Below are positions 51,822 to 64,000 of a stretch of 64,000 nucleotides of DNA, in pieces. The notes under the pieces are model-generated. The model was not told where the DNA came from. It saw only the letters and a program-made list of their open reading frames with translations, and did not search any database. The DNA is from the human T2T-CHM13v2.0 reference genome, Homo sapiens. Each line of letters begins with the position of its first letter. The stretch's first letter is position 1. The translations under genes were made by a program, and so were the position numbers. The stretch lies in assembly GCF_009914755.1 (NCBI RefSeq), contig NC_060931.1; one strand, written 5' to 3'.

Positions 51822-54800
51822 CATTCTCAGAAACTACTTTGTGATGTGTGCCTTCAACTCACAGAGTTTAACCTTTCTTTTCTTAGAGCAGTTTAGAAAC
51901 ACTCTGCTTGTTATGTCTGCAAGTGGATATTTGGACCTCTTTGAGGCCTTCGTTGCAAACGGGGTTTCTTCCTTTCATGCTAGACTAAGAAGAGTTCTCA
52001 GTAACTTTTTTGTGTTGTGTGTATTCAACTCACAGAGTTGAACCTTGCTTTAGAGAGAGCAGATTTGAAACACTCTTGCTGTGGCATTTTCAGGTGGAGA
52101 TTTCAAGCGATTTGAGGACAATTGCAGAAAAGGAAATATCTTCGTATAATAACCAGACAGAATCATTCTCAGAAAGTGCTTTGTGATGTGTGCGTTCAAC
52201 TCACAGAGTTTAACCTTTCTTTTCATAGAGGAGTTTGGAAACACACTGTTTGTAAAGTCTGCAAGTGGATATATGGACCTGTTTGAGGCCTTCGTTGGAA
52301 ACGGGATTTCTTCATTGAATGCTAGACGGAAGAATTCTCAGTAAATTCTTTGTGTTGTGTGCATTCAACTCACAGAGTGGAACGTCCCTTTAGACAGAGC
52401 AGATTTGAAACACTCTTTTTGCGGAATTTGCAAGTGGAGATTTCTAGCCATTTGATGCCAACAGTAGAAAGGGAAATATCTTCAAATAAAAACCAGACAG
52501 AATCATTCTCAGAAAATTCTTTGTGATGTGTGCGTTCAACTCACATAGTTTAACCTTTCTTTTCATAGAGCAGTTTGGAAACACTCTGTTTGTAAAGTCT
52601 GCAAGTGGATATATGGACCGCATTGAGGCCTTCGTTGGAAACGGGATTTCTTCATTTCATGCTAGACAGAAGAATTCTCAGTAACTTCTTTGTGCTGTGT
52701 GTATTCAACTCACAGAGTGGAACGTCCCTTTGCACAGAGCAGATTTGAAACACTCTTTTTGTGGAGTTTGCAAGTGGAGATTTCAAGCGATTTGATGCCA
52801 ACAGTAGAAAAGGAAATATCTTCAAATAAAAACTAGACAGAATCATTCTCAGAAACTACTTTGTGATGTGTGCCTTCAACTCACAGAGTTTAACCTTTCT
52901 TTTCTTAGAGCAGTTTAGAAACACTCTGCTTGTTATGTCTGCAAGTGGATATTTGGACCTCTTTGAGGCCTTCGTTGCAAACGGGGTTTCTTCCTTTCAT
53001 GCTAGACTAAGAAGAGTTCTCAGTAACTTTTTTGTGTTGTGTGTATTCAACTCACAGAGTTGAACCTTGCTTTAGAGAGAGCAGATTTGAAACACTCTTG
53101 CTGTGGCATTTTCAGGTGGAGATTTCAAGCGATTTGAGGACAATTGCAGAAAAGGAAATATCTTCGTATAATAACCAGACAGAATCATTCTCAGAAAGTG
53201 CTTTGTGATGTGTGCGTTCAACTCACAGAGTTTAACCTTTCTTTTCATAGAGGAGTTTGGAAACACACTGTTTGTAAGGACTGCAAGTGGCTATATGGAC
53301 CTGTTTGAGGCCTTCGTTGGAAACGGGATTTCTTCATTGAATGCTAGACGGAAGAATTCTCAGTAAATTCTTTGTGTTGTGTGCATTCAACTCACAGAGT
53401 GGAACGTCCCTTTAGACAGAGCAGATTTGAAACACTCTTTTTGCGGAATTTGCAAGTGGAGATTTCTAGCCATTTGATGCCAACAGTAGAAAGGGAAATA
53501 TCTTCAAATAAAAACCAGACAGAATCATTCTCAGAAAATTCTTTGTGATGTGTGCGTTCAACTCACATAGTTTAACCTTTCTTTTCATAGAGCAGTTTGG
53601 AAACACTCTGTTTGTAAAGTCTGCAAGTGGATATATGGACCGCATTGAGGCCTTCGTTGGAAACGGGATTTCTTCATTTCATGCTAGACAGAAGAATTCT
53701 CAGTAACTTCTTTGTGCTGTGTGTATTCAACTCACAGAGTGGAACGTCCCTTTGCACAGAGCAGATTTGAAACACTCTTTTTGTGGAGTTTGCAAGTGGA
53801 GATTTCAAGCGATTTGATGCCAACAGTAGAAAAGGAAATATCTTCAAATAAAAACTAGACAGAATCATTCTCAGAAACTACTTTGTGATGTGTGCCTTCA
53901 ACTCACAGAGTTTAACCTTTCTTTTCTTAGAGCAGTTTAGAAACACTCTGCTTGTTACGTCTGCAAGTGGATATTTGGACCTCTTTGAGGCCTTCGTTGC
54001 AAACGGGGTTTCTTCCTTTCATGCTAGACTAAGAAGAGTTCTCAGTAACTTTTTTGTGTTGTGTGTATTCAACTCACAGAGTTGAACCTTGCTTTAGAGA
54101 GAGCAGATTTGAAACACTCTTGCTGTGGCATTTTCAGGTGGAGATTTCAAGCGATTTGAGGACAATTGCAGAAAAGGAAATATCTTCGTATAATAACCAG
54201 ACAGAATCATTCTCAGAAAGTGCTTTGTGATGTGTGCGTTCAACTCACAGAGTTTAACCTTTCTTTTCATAGAGGAGTTTGGAAAGACACTGTTTGTAAG
54301 GACTGCAAGTGGATATATGGACCTGTTTGAGGCCTTCGTTGGAAACGGGATTTCTTCATTGAATGCTAGACGGAAGAATTCTCAGTAAATTCTTTGTGTT
54401 GTGTGCATTCAACTCACAGAGTGGAACGTCCCTTTAGACAGAGCAGATTTGAAACACTCTTTTTGTGGAATTTGCAAGTGGAGATTTCTAGCCATTTGAT
54501 GCCAACAGTAGAAAGGGAAATATCTTCAAATAAAAACCAGACAGAATCATTCTCAGAAAATTCTTTGTGATGTGTGCGTTCAACTCACATAGTTTAACCT
54601 TTCTTTTCATAGAGCAGTTTGGAAACACTCTGTTTGTAAAGTCTGCAAGTGGATATATGGACCGCATTGAGGCCTTCGTTGGAAACGGGATTTCTTCATT
54701 TCATGCTAGACAGAAGAATTCTCAGTAACTTCTTTGTGCTGTGTGTATTCAACTCACAGAGTGGAACGTCCCTTTGCACAGAGCAGATTTGAAACACTCT

Positions 54801-57800
54801 TTTTGTGGAGTTTGCAAGTGGAGATTTCAAGCGATTTGATGCCAACAGTAGAAAAGGAAATATCTTCAAATAAAAACTAGACAGAATCATTCTCAGAAAC
54901 TACTTTGTGATGTGTGCCTTCAACTCACAGAGTTTAACCTTTCTTTTCTTAGAGCAGTTTAGAAACACTCTGCTTGTTATGTCTGCAAGTGGATATTTGG
55001 ACCTCTTTGAGGCCTTCGTTGCAAACGGGGTTTCTTCCTTTCATGCTAGACTAAGAAGAGTTCTCAGTAACTTTTTTGTGTTGTGTGTATTCAACTCACA
55101 GAGTTGAACCTTGCTTTAGAGAGAGCAGATTTGAAACACTCTTGCTGTGGCATTTTCAGGTGGAGATTTCAAGCGATTTGAGGACAATTGCAGAAAAGGA
55201 AATATCTTCGTATAATAACCAGACAGAATCATTCTCAGAAAGTGCTTTGTGATGTGTGCGTTCAACTCACAGAGTTTAACCTTTCTTTTCATAGAGGAGT
55301 TTGGAAACACACTGTTTGTAAAGTCTGCAAGTGGATACATGGACCTGTTTGAGGCCTTCGTTGGAAACGGGATTTCTTCATTGAATGCTAGACGGAAGAA
55401 TTCTCAGTAATTTCTTTGTGTTGTGTGCATTCAACTCACAGAGTGGAACGTCCCTTTAGACAGAGCAGATTTGAAACACTCTTTTTGCGGAATTTGCAAG
55501 TGGAGATTTCTAGCCATTTGATGCCAACAGTAGAAAGGGAAATATCTTCAAATAAAAACCAGACAGAATCATTCTCAGAAAATTCTTTGTGATGTGTGCG
55601 TTCAACTCACATAGTTTAACCTTTCTTTTCATAGAGCAGTTTGGAAACACTCTGTTTGTAAAGTCTGCAAGTGGATATATGGACCGCATTGAGGCCTTCG
55701 TTGGAAACGGGATTTCTTCATTTCATGCTAGACAGAAGAATTCTCAGTAACTTCTTTGTGCTGTGTGTATTCAACTCACAGAGTGGAACGTCCCTTTGCA
55801 CAGAGCAGATTTGAAACACTCTTTTTGTGGAGTTTGCAAGTGGAGATTTCAAGCGATTTGATGCCAACAGTAGAAAAGGAAATATCTTCAAATAAAAACT
55901 AGACAGAATCATTCTCAGAAACTACTTTGTGATGTGTGCCTTCAACTCACAGAGTTTAACCTTTCTTTTCTTAGAGCAGTTTAGAAACACTCTGCTTGTT
56001 ACGTCTGCAAGTGGATATTTGGACCTCTTTGAGGCCTTCGTTGCAAACGGGGTTTCTTCCTTTCATGCTAGACTAAGAAGAGTTCTCAGTAACTTTTTTG
56101 TGTTGTGTGTATTCAACTCACAGAGTTGAACCTTGCTTTAGAGAGAGCAGATTTGAAACACTCTTGCTGTGGCATTTTCAGGTGGAGATTTCAAGCGATT
56201 TGAGGACAATTGCAGAAAAGGAAATATCTTCGTATAATAACCAGACAGAATCATTCTCAGAAAGTGCTTTGTGATGTGTGCGTTCAACTCACAGAGTTTA
56301 ACCTTTCTTTTCATAGAGGAGTTTGGAAACACACTGTTTGTAAAGTCTGCAAGTGGATATATGGACCTGTTTGAGGCCTTCGTTGGAAACGGGATTTCCT
56401 CATTGAATGCTTGAGGGAAGAATTCTCAGTAAATTCTTTGTGTTGTGTGCATTCAACTCACAGAGTGGAACGTCCCTTTAGACAGAGCACATTTGAAACA
56501 CTCTTTTTGCGGAATTTGCAAGTGGAGATTTCTAGCCATTTGATGCCAACAGTAGAAAGGGAAATATCTTCAAATAAAAACCAGACAGAATCATTCTCAG
56601 AAAATTCTTTGTGATGTGTGCGTTCAACTCACATAGTTTAACCTTTCTTTTCATAGAGCAGTTTGGAAACACTCTGTTTGTAAAGTCTGCAAGTGGATAT
56701 ATGGACCGCATTGAGGCCTTCGTTGGAAACGGGATTTCTTCATTTCATGCTAGACAGAAGAATTCTCAGTAACTTCTTTGTGCTGTGTGTATTCAACTCA
56801 CAGAGTGGAACGTCCCTTTGCACAGAGCAGATTTGAAACACTCTTTTTGTGGAGTTTGCAAGTGGAGATTTCAAGCGATTTGATGCCAACAGTAGAAAAG
56901 GAAATATCTTCAAATAAAAACTAGACAGAATCATTCTCAGAAACTACTTTGTGATGTGTGCCTTCAACTCACAGAGTTTAACCTTTCTTTTCTTAGAGCA
57001 GTTTAGAAACACTCTGCTTGTTACGTCTGCAAGTGGATATTTGGACCTCTTTGAGGCCTTCGTTGCAAACGGGGTTTCTTCCTTTCATGCTAGACTAAGA
57101 AGAGTTCTCAGTAACTTTTTTGTGTTGTGTGTATTCAACTCACAGAGTTGAACCTTGCTTTAGAGAGAGCAGATTTGAAACACTCTTGCTGTGGCATTTT
57201 CAGGTGGAGATTTCAAGCGATTTGAGGACAATTGCAGAAAAGGAAATATCTTCGTATAATAACCAGACAGAATCATTCTCAGAAAGTGCTTTGTGATGTG
57301 TGCGTTCAACTCACAGAGTTTAACCTTTCTTTTCATAGAGGAGTTTGGAAAGACACTGTTTGTAAGGACTGCAAGTGGATATATGGACCTGTTTGAGGCC
57401 TTCGTTGGAAACGGGATTTCTTCATTGAATGCTAGACGGAAGAATTCTCAGTAAATTCTTTGTGTTGTGTGCATTCAACTCACAGAGTGGAACGTCCCTT
57501 TAGACAGAGCAGATTTGAAACACTCTTTTTGTGGAATTTGCAAGTGGAGATTTCTAGCCATTTGATGCCAACAGTAGAAAGGGAAATATCTTCAAATAAA
57601 AACCAGACAGAATCATTCTCAGAAAATTCTTTGTGATGTGTGCGTTCAACTCACATAGTTTAACCTTTCTTTTCATAGAGCAGTTTGGAAACACTCTGTT
57701 TGTAAAGTCTGCAAGTGGATATATGGACCGCATTGAGGCCTTCGTTGGAAACGGGATTTCTTCATTTCATGCTAGACAGAAGAATTCTCAGTAACTTCTT

Positions 57801-58975
57801 TGTGCTGTGTGTATTCAACTCACAGAGTGGAACGTCCCTTTGCACAGAGCAGATTTGAAACACTCTTTTTGTGGAGTTTGCAAGTGGAGATTTCAAGCGA
57901 TTTGATGCCAACAGTAGAAAAGGAAATATCTTCAAATAAAAACTAGACAGAATCATTCTCAGAAACTACTTTGTGATGTGTGCCTTCAACTCACAGAGTT
58001 TAACCTTTCTTTTCTTAGAGCAGTTTAGAAACACTCTGCTTGTTATGTCTGCAAGTGGATATTTGGACCTCTTTGAGGCCTTCGTTGCAAACGGGGTTTC
58101 TTCCTTTCATGCTAGACTAAGAAGAGTTCTCAGTAACTTTTTTGTGTTGTGTGTATTCAACTCACAGAGTTGAACCTTGCTTTAGAGAGAGCAGATTTGA
58201 AACACTCTTGCTGTGGCATTTTCAGGTGGAGATTTCAAGCGATTTGAGGACAATTGCAGAAAAGGAAATATCTTCGTATAATAACCAGACAGAATCATTC
58301 TCAGAAAGTGCTTTGTGATGTGTGCGTTCAACTCACAGAGTTTAACCTTTCTTTTCATAGAGGAGTTTGGAAACACACTGTTTGTAAAGTCTGCAAGTGG
58401 ATACATGGACCTGTTTGAGGCCTTCGTTGGAAACGGGATTTCTTCATTGAATGCTAGACGGAAGAATTCTCAGTAAATTCTTTGTGTTGTGTGCATTCAA
58501 CTCACAGAGTGGAACGTCCCTTTAGACAGAGCAGATTTGAAACACTCTTTTTGCGGAATTTGCAAGTGGAGATTTCTAGCCATTTGATGCCAACAGTAGA
58601 AAGGGAAATATCTTCAAATAAAAACCAGACAGAATCATTCTCAGAAAATTCTTTGTGATGTGTGCGTTCAACTCACATAGTTTAACCTTTCTTTTCATAG
58701 AGCAGTTTGGAAACACTCTGTTTGTAAAGTCTGCAAGTGGATATATGGACCGCATTGAGGCCTTCGTTGGAAACGGGATTTCTTCATTTCATGCTAGACA
58801 GAAGAATTCTCAGTAACTTCTTTGTGCTGTGTGTATTCAACTCACAGAGTGGAACGTCCCTTTGCAGAGAGCAGATTTGAAACACTCTTTTTGTGGAGTT
58901 TGCAAGTGGAGATTTCAAGCGATTTGATGCCAACAGTAGAAAAGGAAATATCTTCAAATAAAAACTAGACAGAAT

Positions 58976-59996
58976 CATTCTCAGAAACTACTTTGTGATG
59001 TGTGCCTTCAACTCACAGAGTTTAACCTTTCTTTTCTTAGAGCAGTTTAGAAACACTCTGCTTGTTACGTCTGCAAGTGGATATTTGGACCTCTTTGAGG
59101 CCTTCGTTGCAAACGGGGTTTCTTCCTTTCATGCTAGACTAAGAAGAGTTCTCAGTAACTTTTTTGTGTTGTGTGTATTCAACTCACAGAGTTGAACCTT
59201 GCTTTAGAGAGAGCAGATTTGAAACACTCTTGCTGTGGCATTTTCAGGTGGAGATTTCAAGCGATTTGAGGACAATTGCAGAAAAGGAAATATCTTCGTA
59301 TAATAACCAGACAGAATCATTCTCAGAAAGTGCTTTGTGATGTGTGCGTTCAACTCACAGAGTTTAACCTTTCTTTTCATAGAGGAGTTTGGAAACACAC
59401 TGTTTGTAAAGTCTGCAAGTGGATATATGGACCTGTTTGAGGCCTTCGTTGGAAACGGGATTTCCTCATTGAATGCTTGAGGGAAGAATTCTCAGTAAAT
59501 TCTTTGTGTTGTGTGCATTCAACTCACAGAGTGGAACGTCCCTTTAGACAGAGCAGATTTGAAACACTCTTTTTGCGGAATTTGCAAGTGGAGATTTCTA
59601 GCCATTTGATGCCAACAGTAGAAAGGGAAATATCTTCAAATAAAAACCAGACAGAATCATTCTCAGAAAATTCTTTGTGATGTGTGCGTTCAACTCACAT
59701 AGTTTAACCTTTCTTTTCATAGAGCAGTTTGGAAACACTCTGTTTGTAAAGTCTGCAAGTGGATATATGGACCGCATTGAGGCCTTCGTTGGAAACGGGA
59801 TTTCTCATTTCATGCTAGACAGAAGAATTCTCAGTAACTTCTTTGTGCTGTGTGTATTCAACTCACAGAGTGGAACGTCCCTTTACACAGAGCAGATTTG
59901 AAACACTCTTTTTGTGGAGTTTGCAAGTGGAGATTTCAAGCGATTTGATGCCAACAGTAGAAAAGGAAATATCTTCAAATAAAAACTAGACAGAAT
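58976..59996 (+). repeat. HOR with 1-bp deletion (1021 bp)
   Basis: Anchor spacing 58995 to 60016 = 1021; tttctcattt at 59801-59810 instead of tttcttcattt. Confidence 0.85.
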
Positions 59997-61358
59997 CATT
60001 CTCAGAAACTACTTTGTGATGTGTGCCTTCAACTCACAGAGTTTAACCTTTCTTTTCTTAGAGCAGTTTAGAAACACTCTGCTTGTTATGTCTGCAAGTG
60101 GATATTTGGACCTCTTTGAGGCCTTCGTTGCAAACGGGGTTTCTTCCTTTCATGCTAGACTAAGAAGAGTTCTCAGTAACTTTTTTGTGTTGTGTGAATT
60201 CAACTCACAGAGTTGAACCTTGCTTTAGAGAGAGCAGATTTGAAACACTCTTGCTGTGGCATTTTCAGGTGGAGATTTCAAGCGATTTGAGGACAATTGC
60301 AGAAAAGGAAATATCTTCGTATAATAACCAGACAGAATCATTCTCAGAAAGTGCTTTGTGATGTGTGCGTTCAACTCACAGAGTTTAACCTTTCTTTTCA
60401 TAGAGGAGTTTGGAAACACACTGTTTGTAAGGACTGCAAGTGGATATATGGACCTGTTTGAGGCCTTCGTTGGAAACGGGATTTCTTCATTGAATGCTAG
60501 ACGGAAGAATTCTCAGTAAATTCTTTGTGTTGTGTGCATTCAACTCACAGAGTGGAACGTCCCTTTAGACAGAGCAGATTTGAAACACTCTTTTTGTGGA
60601 ATTTGCAAGTGGAGATTTCTAGCCATTTGATGCCAACAGTAGAAAGGGAAATATCTTCAAATAAAAACCAGACAGAATCATTCTCAGAAAATTCTTTGTG
60701 ATGTGTGCGTTCAACTCACATAGTTTAACCTTTCTTTTCATAGAGCAGTTTGGAAACACTCTGTTTGTAAAGTCTGCAAGTAGATATATGGACCGCATTG
60801 AGGCCTTCGTTGGAAACGGGATTTCTTCATTGAATGCTAGACGGAAGAATTCTCAGTAAATTCTTTGTGTTGTGTGCATTCAACTCACAGAGTGGAACGT
60901 CCCTTTAGACAGAGCAGATTTGAAACACTCTTTTTGCGGAATTTGCAAGTGGAGATTTCTAGCCATTTGATGCCAACAGTAGAAAGGGAAATATCTTCAA
61001 ATAAAAACCAGACAGAATCATTCTCAGAAAATTCTTTGTGATGTGTGCGTTCAACTCACATAGTTTAACCTTTCTTTTCATAGAGCAGTTTGGAAACACT
61101 CTGTTTGTAAAGTCTGCAAGTGGATATATGGACCGCATTGAGGCCTTCGTTGGAAACGGGATTTCTTCATTTCATGCTAGACAGAAGAATTCTCAGTAAC
61201 TTCTTTGTGCTGTGTGTATTCAACTCACAGAGTGGAACGTCCCTTTGCACAGAGCAGATTTGAAACACTCTTTTTGTGGAGTTTGCAAGTGGAGATTTCA
61301 AGCGATTTGATGCCAACAGTAGAAAAGGAAATATCTTCAAATAAAAACTAGACAGAAT
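59997..61358 (+). repeat. 8-mer structural-variant HOR, copy 3
   Basis: Anchor spacing 60016 to 61378 = 1362; same private SNPs. Confidence 0.95.
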
Positions 61359-64000
61359 CATTCTCAGAAACTACTTTGTGATGTGTGCCTTCAACTCACA
61401 GAGTTTAACCTTTCTTTTCTTAGAGCAGTTTAGAAACACTCTGCTTGTTATGTCTGCAAGTGGATATTTGGACCTCTTTGAGGCCTTCGTTGCAAACGGG
61501 GTTTCTTCCTTTCATGCTAGACTAAGAAGAGTTCTCAGTAACTTTTTTGTGTTGTGTGTATTCAACTCACAGAGTTGAACCTTGCTTTAGAGAGAGCAGA
61601 TTTGAAACACTCTTGCTGTGGCATTTTCAGGTGGAGATTTCAAGCGATTTGAGGACAATTGCAGAAAAGGAAATATCTTCGTATAATAACCAGACAGAAT
61701 CATTCTCAGAAAGTGCTTTGTGATGTGTGCGTTCAACTCACAGAGTTTAACCTTTCTTTTCATAGAGGAGTTTGGAAACACACTGTTTGTAAAGTCTGCA
61801 AGTGGATACATGGACCTGTTTGAGGCCTTCGTTGGAAACGGGATTTCTTCATTGAATGCTAGACGGAAGAATTCTCAGTAAATTCTTTGTGTTGTGTGCA
61901 TTCAACTCACAGAGTGGAACGTCCCTTTAGACAGAGCAGATTTGAAACACTCTTTTTGCGGAATTTGCAAGTGGAGATTTCTAGCCATTTGATGCCAACA
62001 GTAGAAAGGGAAATATCTTCAAATAAAAACCAGACAGAGTCATTCTCAGAAAATTCTTTGTGATGTGTGCGTTCAACTCACATAGTTTAACCTTTCTTTT
62101 CATAGAGCAGTTTGGAAACACTCTGTTTGTAAAGTCTGCAAGTGGATATATGGACCGCATTGAGGCCTTCGTTGGAAACGGGATTTCTTCATTTCATGCT
62201 AGACAGAAGAATTCTCAGTAACTTCTTTGTGCTGTGTGTATTCAACTCACAGAGTGGAACGTCCCTTTGCACAGAGCAGATTTGAAACACTCTTTTTGTG
62301 GAGTTTGCAAGTGGAGATTTCAAGCGATTTGATGCCAACAGTAGAAAAGGAAATATCTTCAAATAAAAACTAGACAGAATCATTCTCAGAAACTACTTTG
62401 TGATGTGTGCCTTCAACTCACAGAGTTTAACCTTTCTTTTCTTAGAGCAGTTTAGAAACACTCTGCTTGTTACGTCTGCAAGTGGATATTTGGACCTCTT
62501 TGAGGCCTTCGTTGCAAACGGGGTTTCTTCCTTTCATGCTAGACTAAGAAGAGTTCTCAGTAACTTTTTTGTGTTGTGTGTATTCAACTCACAGAGTTGA
62601 ACCTTGCTTTAGAGAGAGCAGATTTGAAACACTCTTGCTGTGGCATTTTCAGGTGGAGATTTCAAGCGATTTGAGGACAATTGCAGAAAAGGAAATATCT
62701 TCGTATAATAACCAGACAGAATCATTCTCAGAAAGTGCTTTGTGATGTGTGCGTTCAACTCACAGAGTTTAACCTTTCTTTTCATAGAGGAGTTTGGAAA
62801 CACACTGTTTGTAACGTCTGCAAGTGGATACATGGACCTGTTTGAGGCCTTCGTTGGAAACGGGATTTCTTCATTGAATGCTAGACGGAAGAATTCTCAG
62901 TAAATTCTTTGTGTTGTGTGCATTCAACTCACAGAGTGGAACGTCCCTTTAGACAGAGCAGATTTGAAACACTCTTTTTGCGGAATTTGCAAGTGGAGAT
63001 TTCTAGCCATTTGATGCCAACAGTAGAAAGGGAAATATCTTCAAATAAAAACCAGACAGAATCATTCTCAGAAAATTCTTTGTGATGTGTGCGTTCAACT
63101 CACATAGTTTAACCTTTCTTTTCATAGAGCAGTTTGGAAACACTCTGTTTGTAAAGTCTGCAAGTGGATATATGGACCGCATTGAGGCCTTCGTTGGAAA
63201 CGGGATTTCTTCATTTCATGCTAGACAGAAGAATTCTCAGTAACTTCTTTGTGCTGTGTGTATTCAACTCACAGAGTGGAACGTCCCTTTGCACAGAGCA
63301 GATTTGAAACACTCTTTTTGTGGAGTTTGCAAGTGGAGATTTCAAGCGATTTGATGCCAACAGTAGAAAAGGAAATATCTTCAAATAAAAACTAGACAGA
63401 ATCATTCTCAGAAACTACTTTGTGATGTGTGCCTTCAACTCACAGAGTTTAACCTTTCTTTTCTTAGAGCAGTTTAGAAACACTCTGCTTGTTACGTCTG
63501 CAAGTGGATATTTGGACCTCTTTGAGGCCTTCGTTGCAAACGGGGTTTCTTCCTTTCATGCTAGACTAAGAAGAGTTCTCAGTAACTTTTTTGTGTTGTG
63601 TGTATTCAACTCACAGAGTTGAACCTTGCTTTAGAGAGAGCAGATTTGAAACACTCTTGCTGTGGCATTTTCAGGTGGAGATTTCAAGCGATTTGAGGAC
63701 AATTGCAGAAAAGGAAATATCTTCGTATAATAACCAGACAGAATCATTCTCAGAAAGTGCTTTGTGATGTGTGCGTTCAACTCACAGAGTTTAACCTTTC
63801 TTTTCATAGAGGAGTTTGGAAACACACTGTTTGTAAAGTCTGCAAGTGGATACATGGACCTGTTTGAGGCCTTCGTTGGAAACGGGATTTCTTCATTGAA
63901 TGCTAGACGGAAGAATTCTCAGTAAATTCTTTGTGTTGTGTGCATTCAACTCACAGAGTGGAACGTCCCTTTAGACAGAGCAGATTTGAAACACTCTTTT

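Larger units (their letters stand above)
1..64000 (+). repeat. Alpha-satellite higher-order repeat array (6-mer, 1022 bp), homogeneous active-type centromeric array
   Basis: ~171-bp monomers with alphoid hallmarks (cattctcagaaa, tcaactcacagag, ttgaaacactc, CENP-B box). Near-identical sequence recurs every 1022 bp (anchor gtgatgtgtgcc at 97, 1119, 2141 ... 63422; 62 anchors). All copies have the same orientation and there is no interrupting non-alphoid sequence. Confidence 0.99.

Noticed and set aside
1631-62815. Isolated singleton SNPs (e.g. 1631, ~2379, ~3193, ~55411, ~62815)
   Set aside because: Each is seen once with no linked pattern and cannot be distinguished from ordinary point mutation or base-calling error.
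97-63855. Recurrent 63-74 aa ORFs on both strands (MMCAFNSQ..., MYPLADFT..., MILSSFYL..., MREEFSV...)
   Set aside because: Chance open frames in satellite DNA. They repeat with the HOR, resemble each other at monomer periodicity, often use GTG/TTG starts, appear and vanish with single SNPs, and show no recognisable domain.
1-64000. CRISPR-like or other repeat-spacer system
   Set aside because: The sequence between conserved motifs is itself repeated; there are no unique spacers, leader or cas-like genes.
1-64000. Embedded L1/Alu insertion, inversion or non-alphoid island
   Set aside because: Anchor spacing is fully explained by 1022-, 1362-, 1004- and 1021-bp units on one strand, leaving no room for inserted sequence.
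1-64000. A previously undescribed gene-based biological system
   Set aside because: Nothing in the sequence supports one. The window is a known class of centromeric satellite, and any novelty is limited to its fine-scale duplication and recombination structure.

Overview
The whole 64 kb window is one uninterrupted, single-orientation array of primate alpha-satellite DNA. It has no genes, transposons or unique sequence. About 62.5 copies of a 1022-bp higher-order repeat (HOR) are present. Each HOR has six monomers (171/171/169/171/169/171 bp), with a CENP-B box in every second monomer (SF1-type dimeric A/B organisation). The 6-mer length and the 340/682-bp EcoRI spacing best fit human chromosome 7 D7Z1 (S1C7H1L); this is recognised from memory, not confirmed by a search. 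All ORFs in the track are repeat artefacts, useful only as SNP reporters. I find no evidence for a novel protein-coding system. The informative signal is the array's internal history: three copies of an 8-mer variant HOR, two copies of an 18-bp microhomology deletion, two broken CENP-B boxes, nested 2-, 3-, 7- and ~10-13-HOR duplications, a haplotype domain switch at ~22-26 kb, and two independent recombination junctions that map to 34-41 bp intervals containing a CENP-B box. SNP patterns were read by eye, so some variants may be missed.
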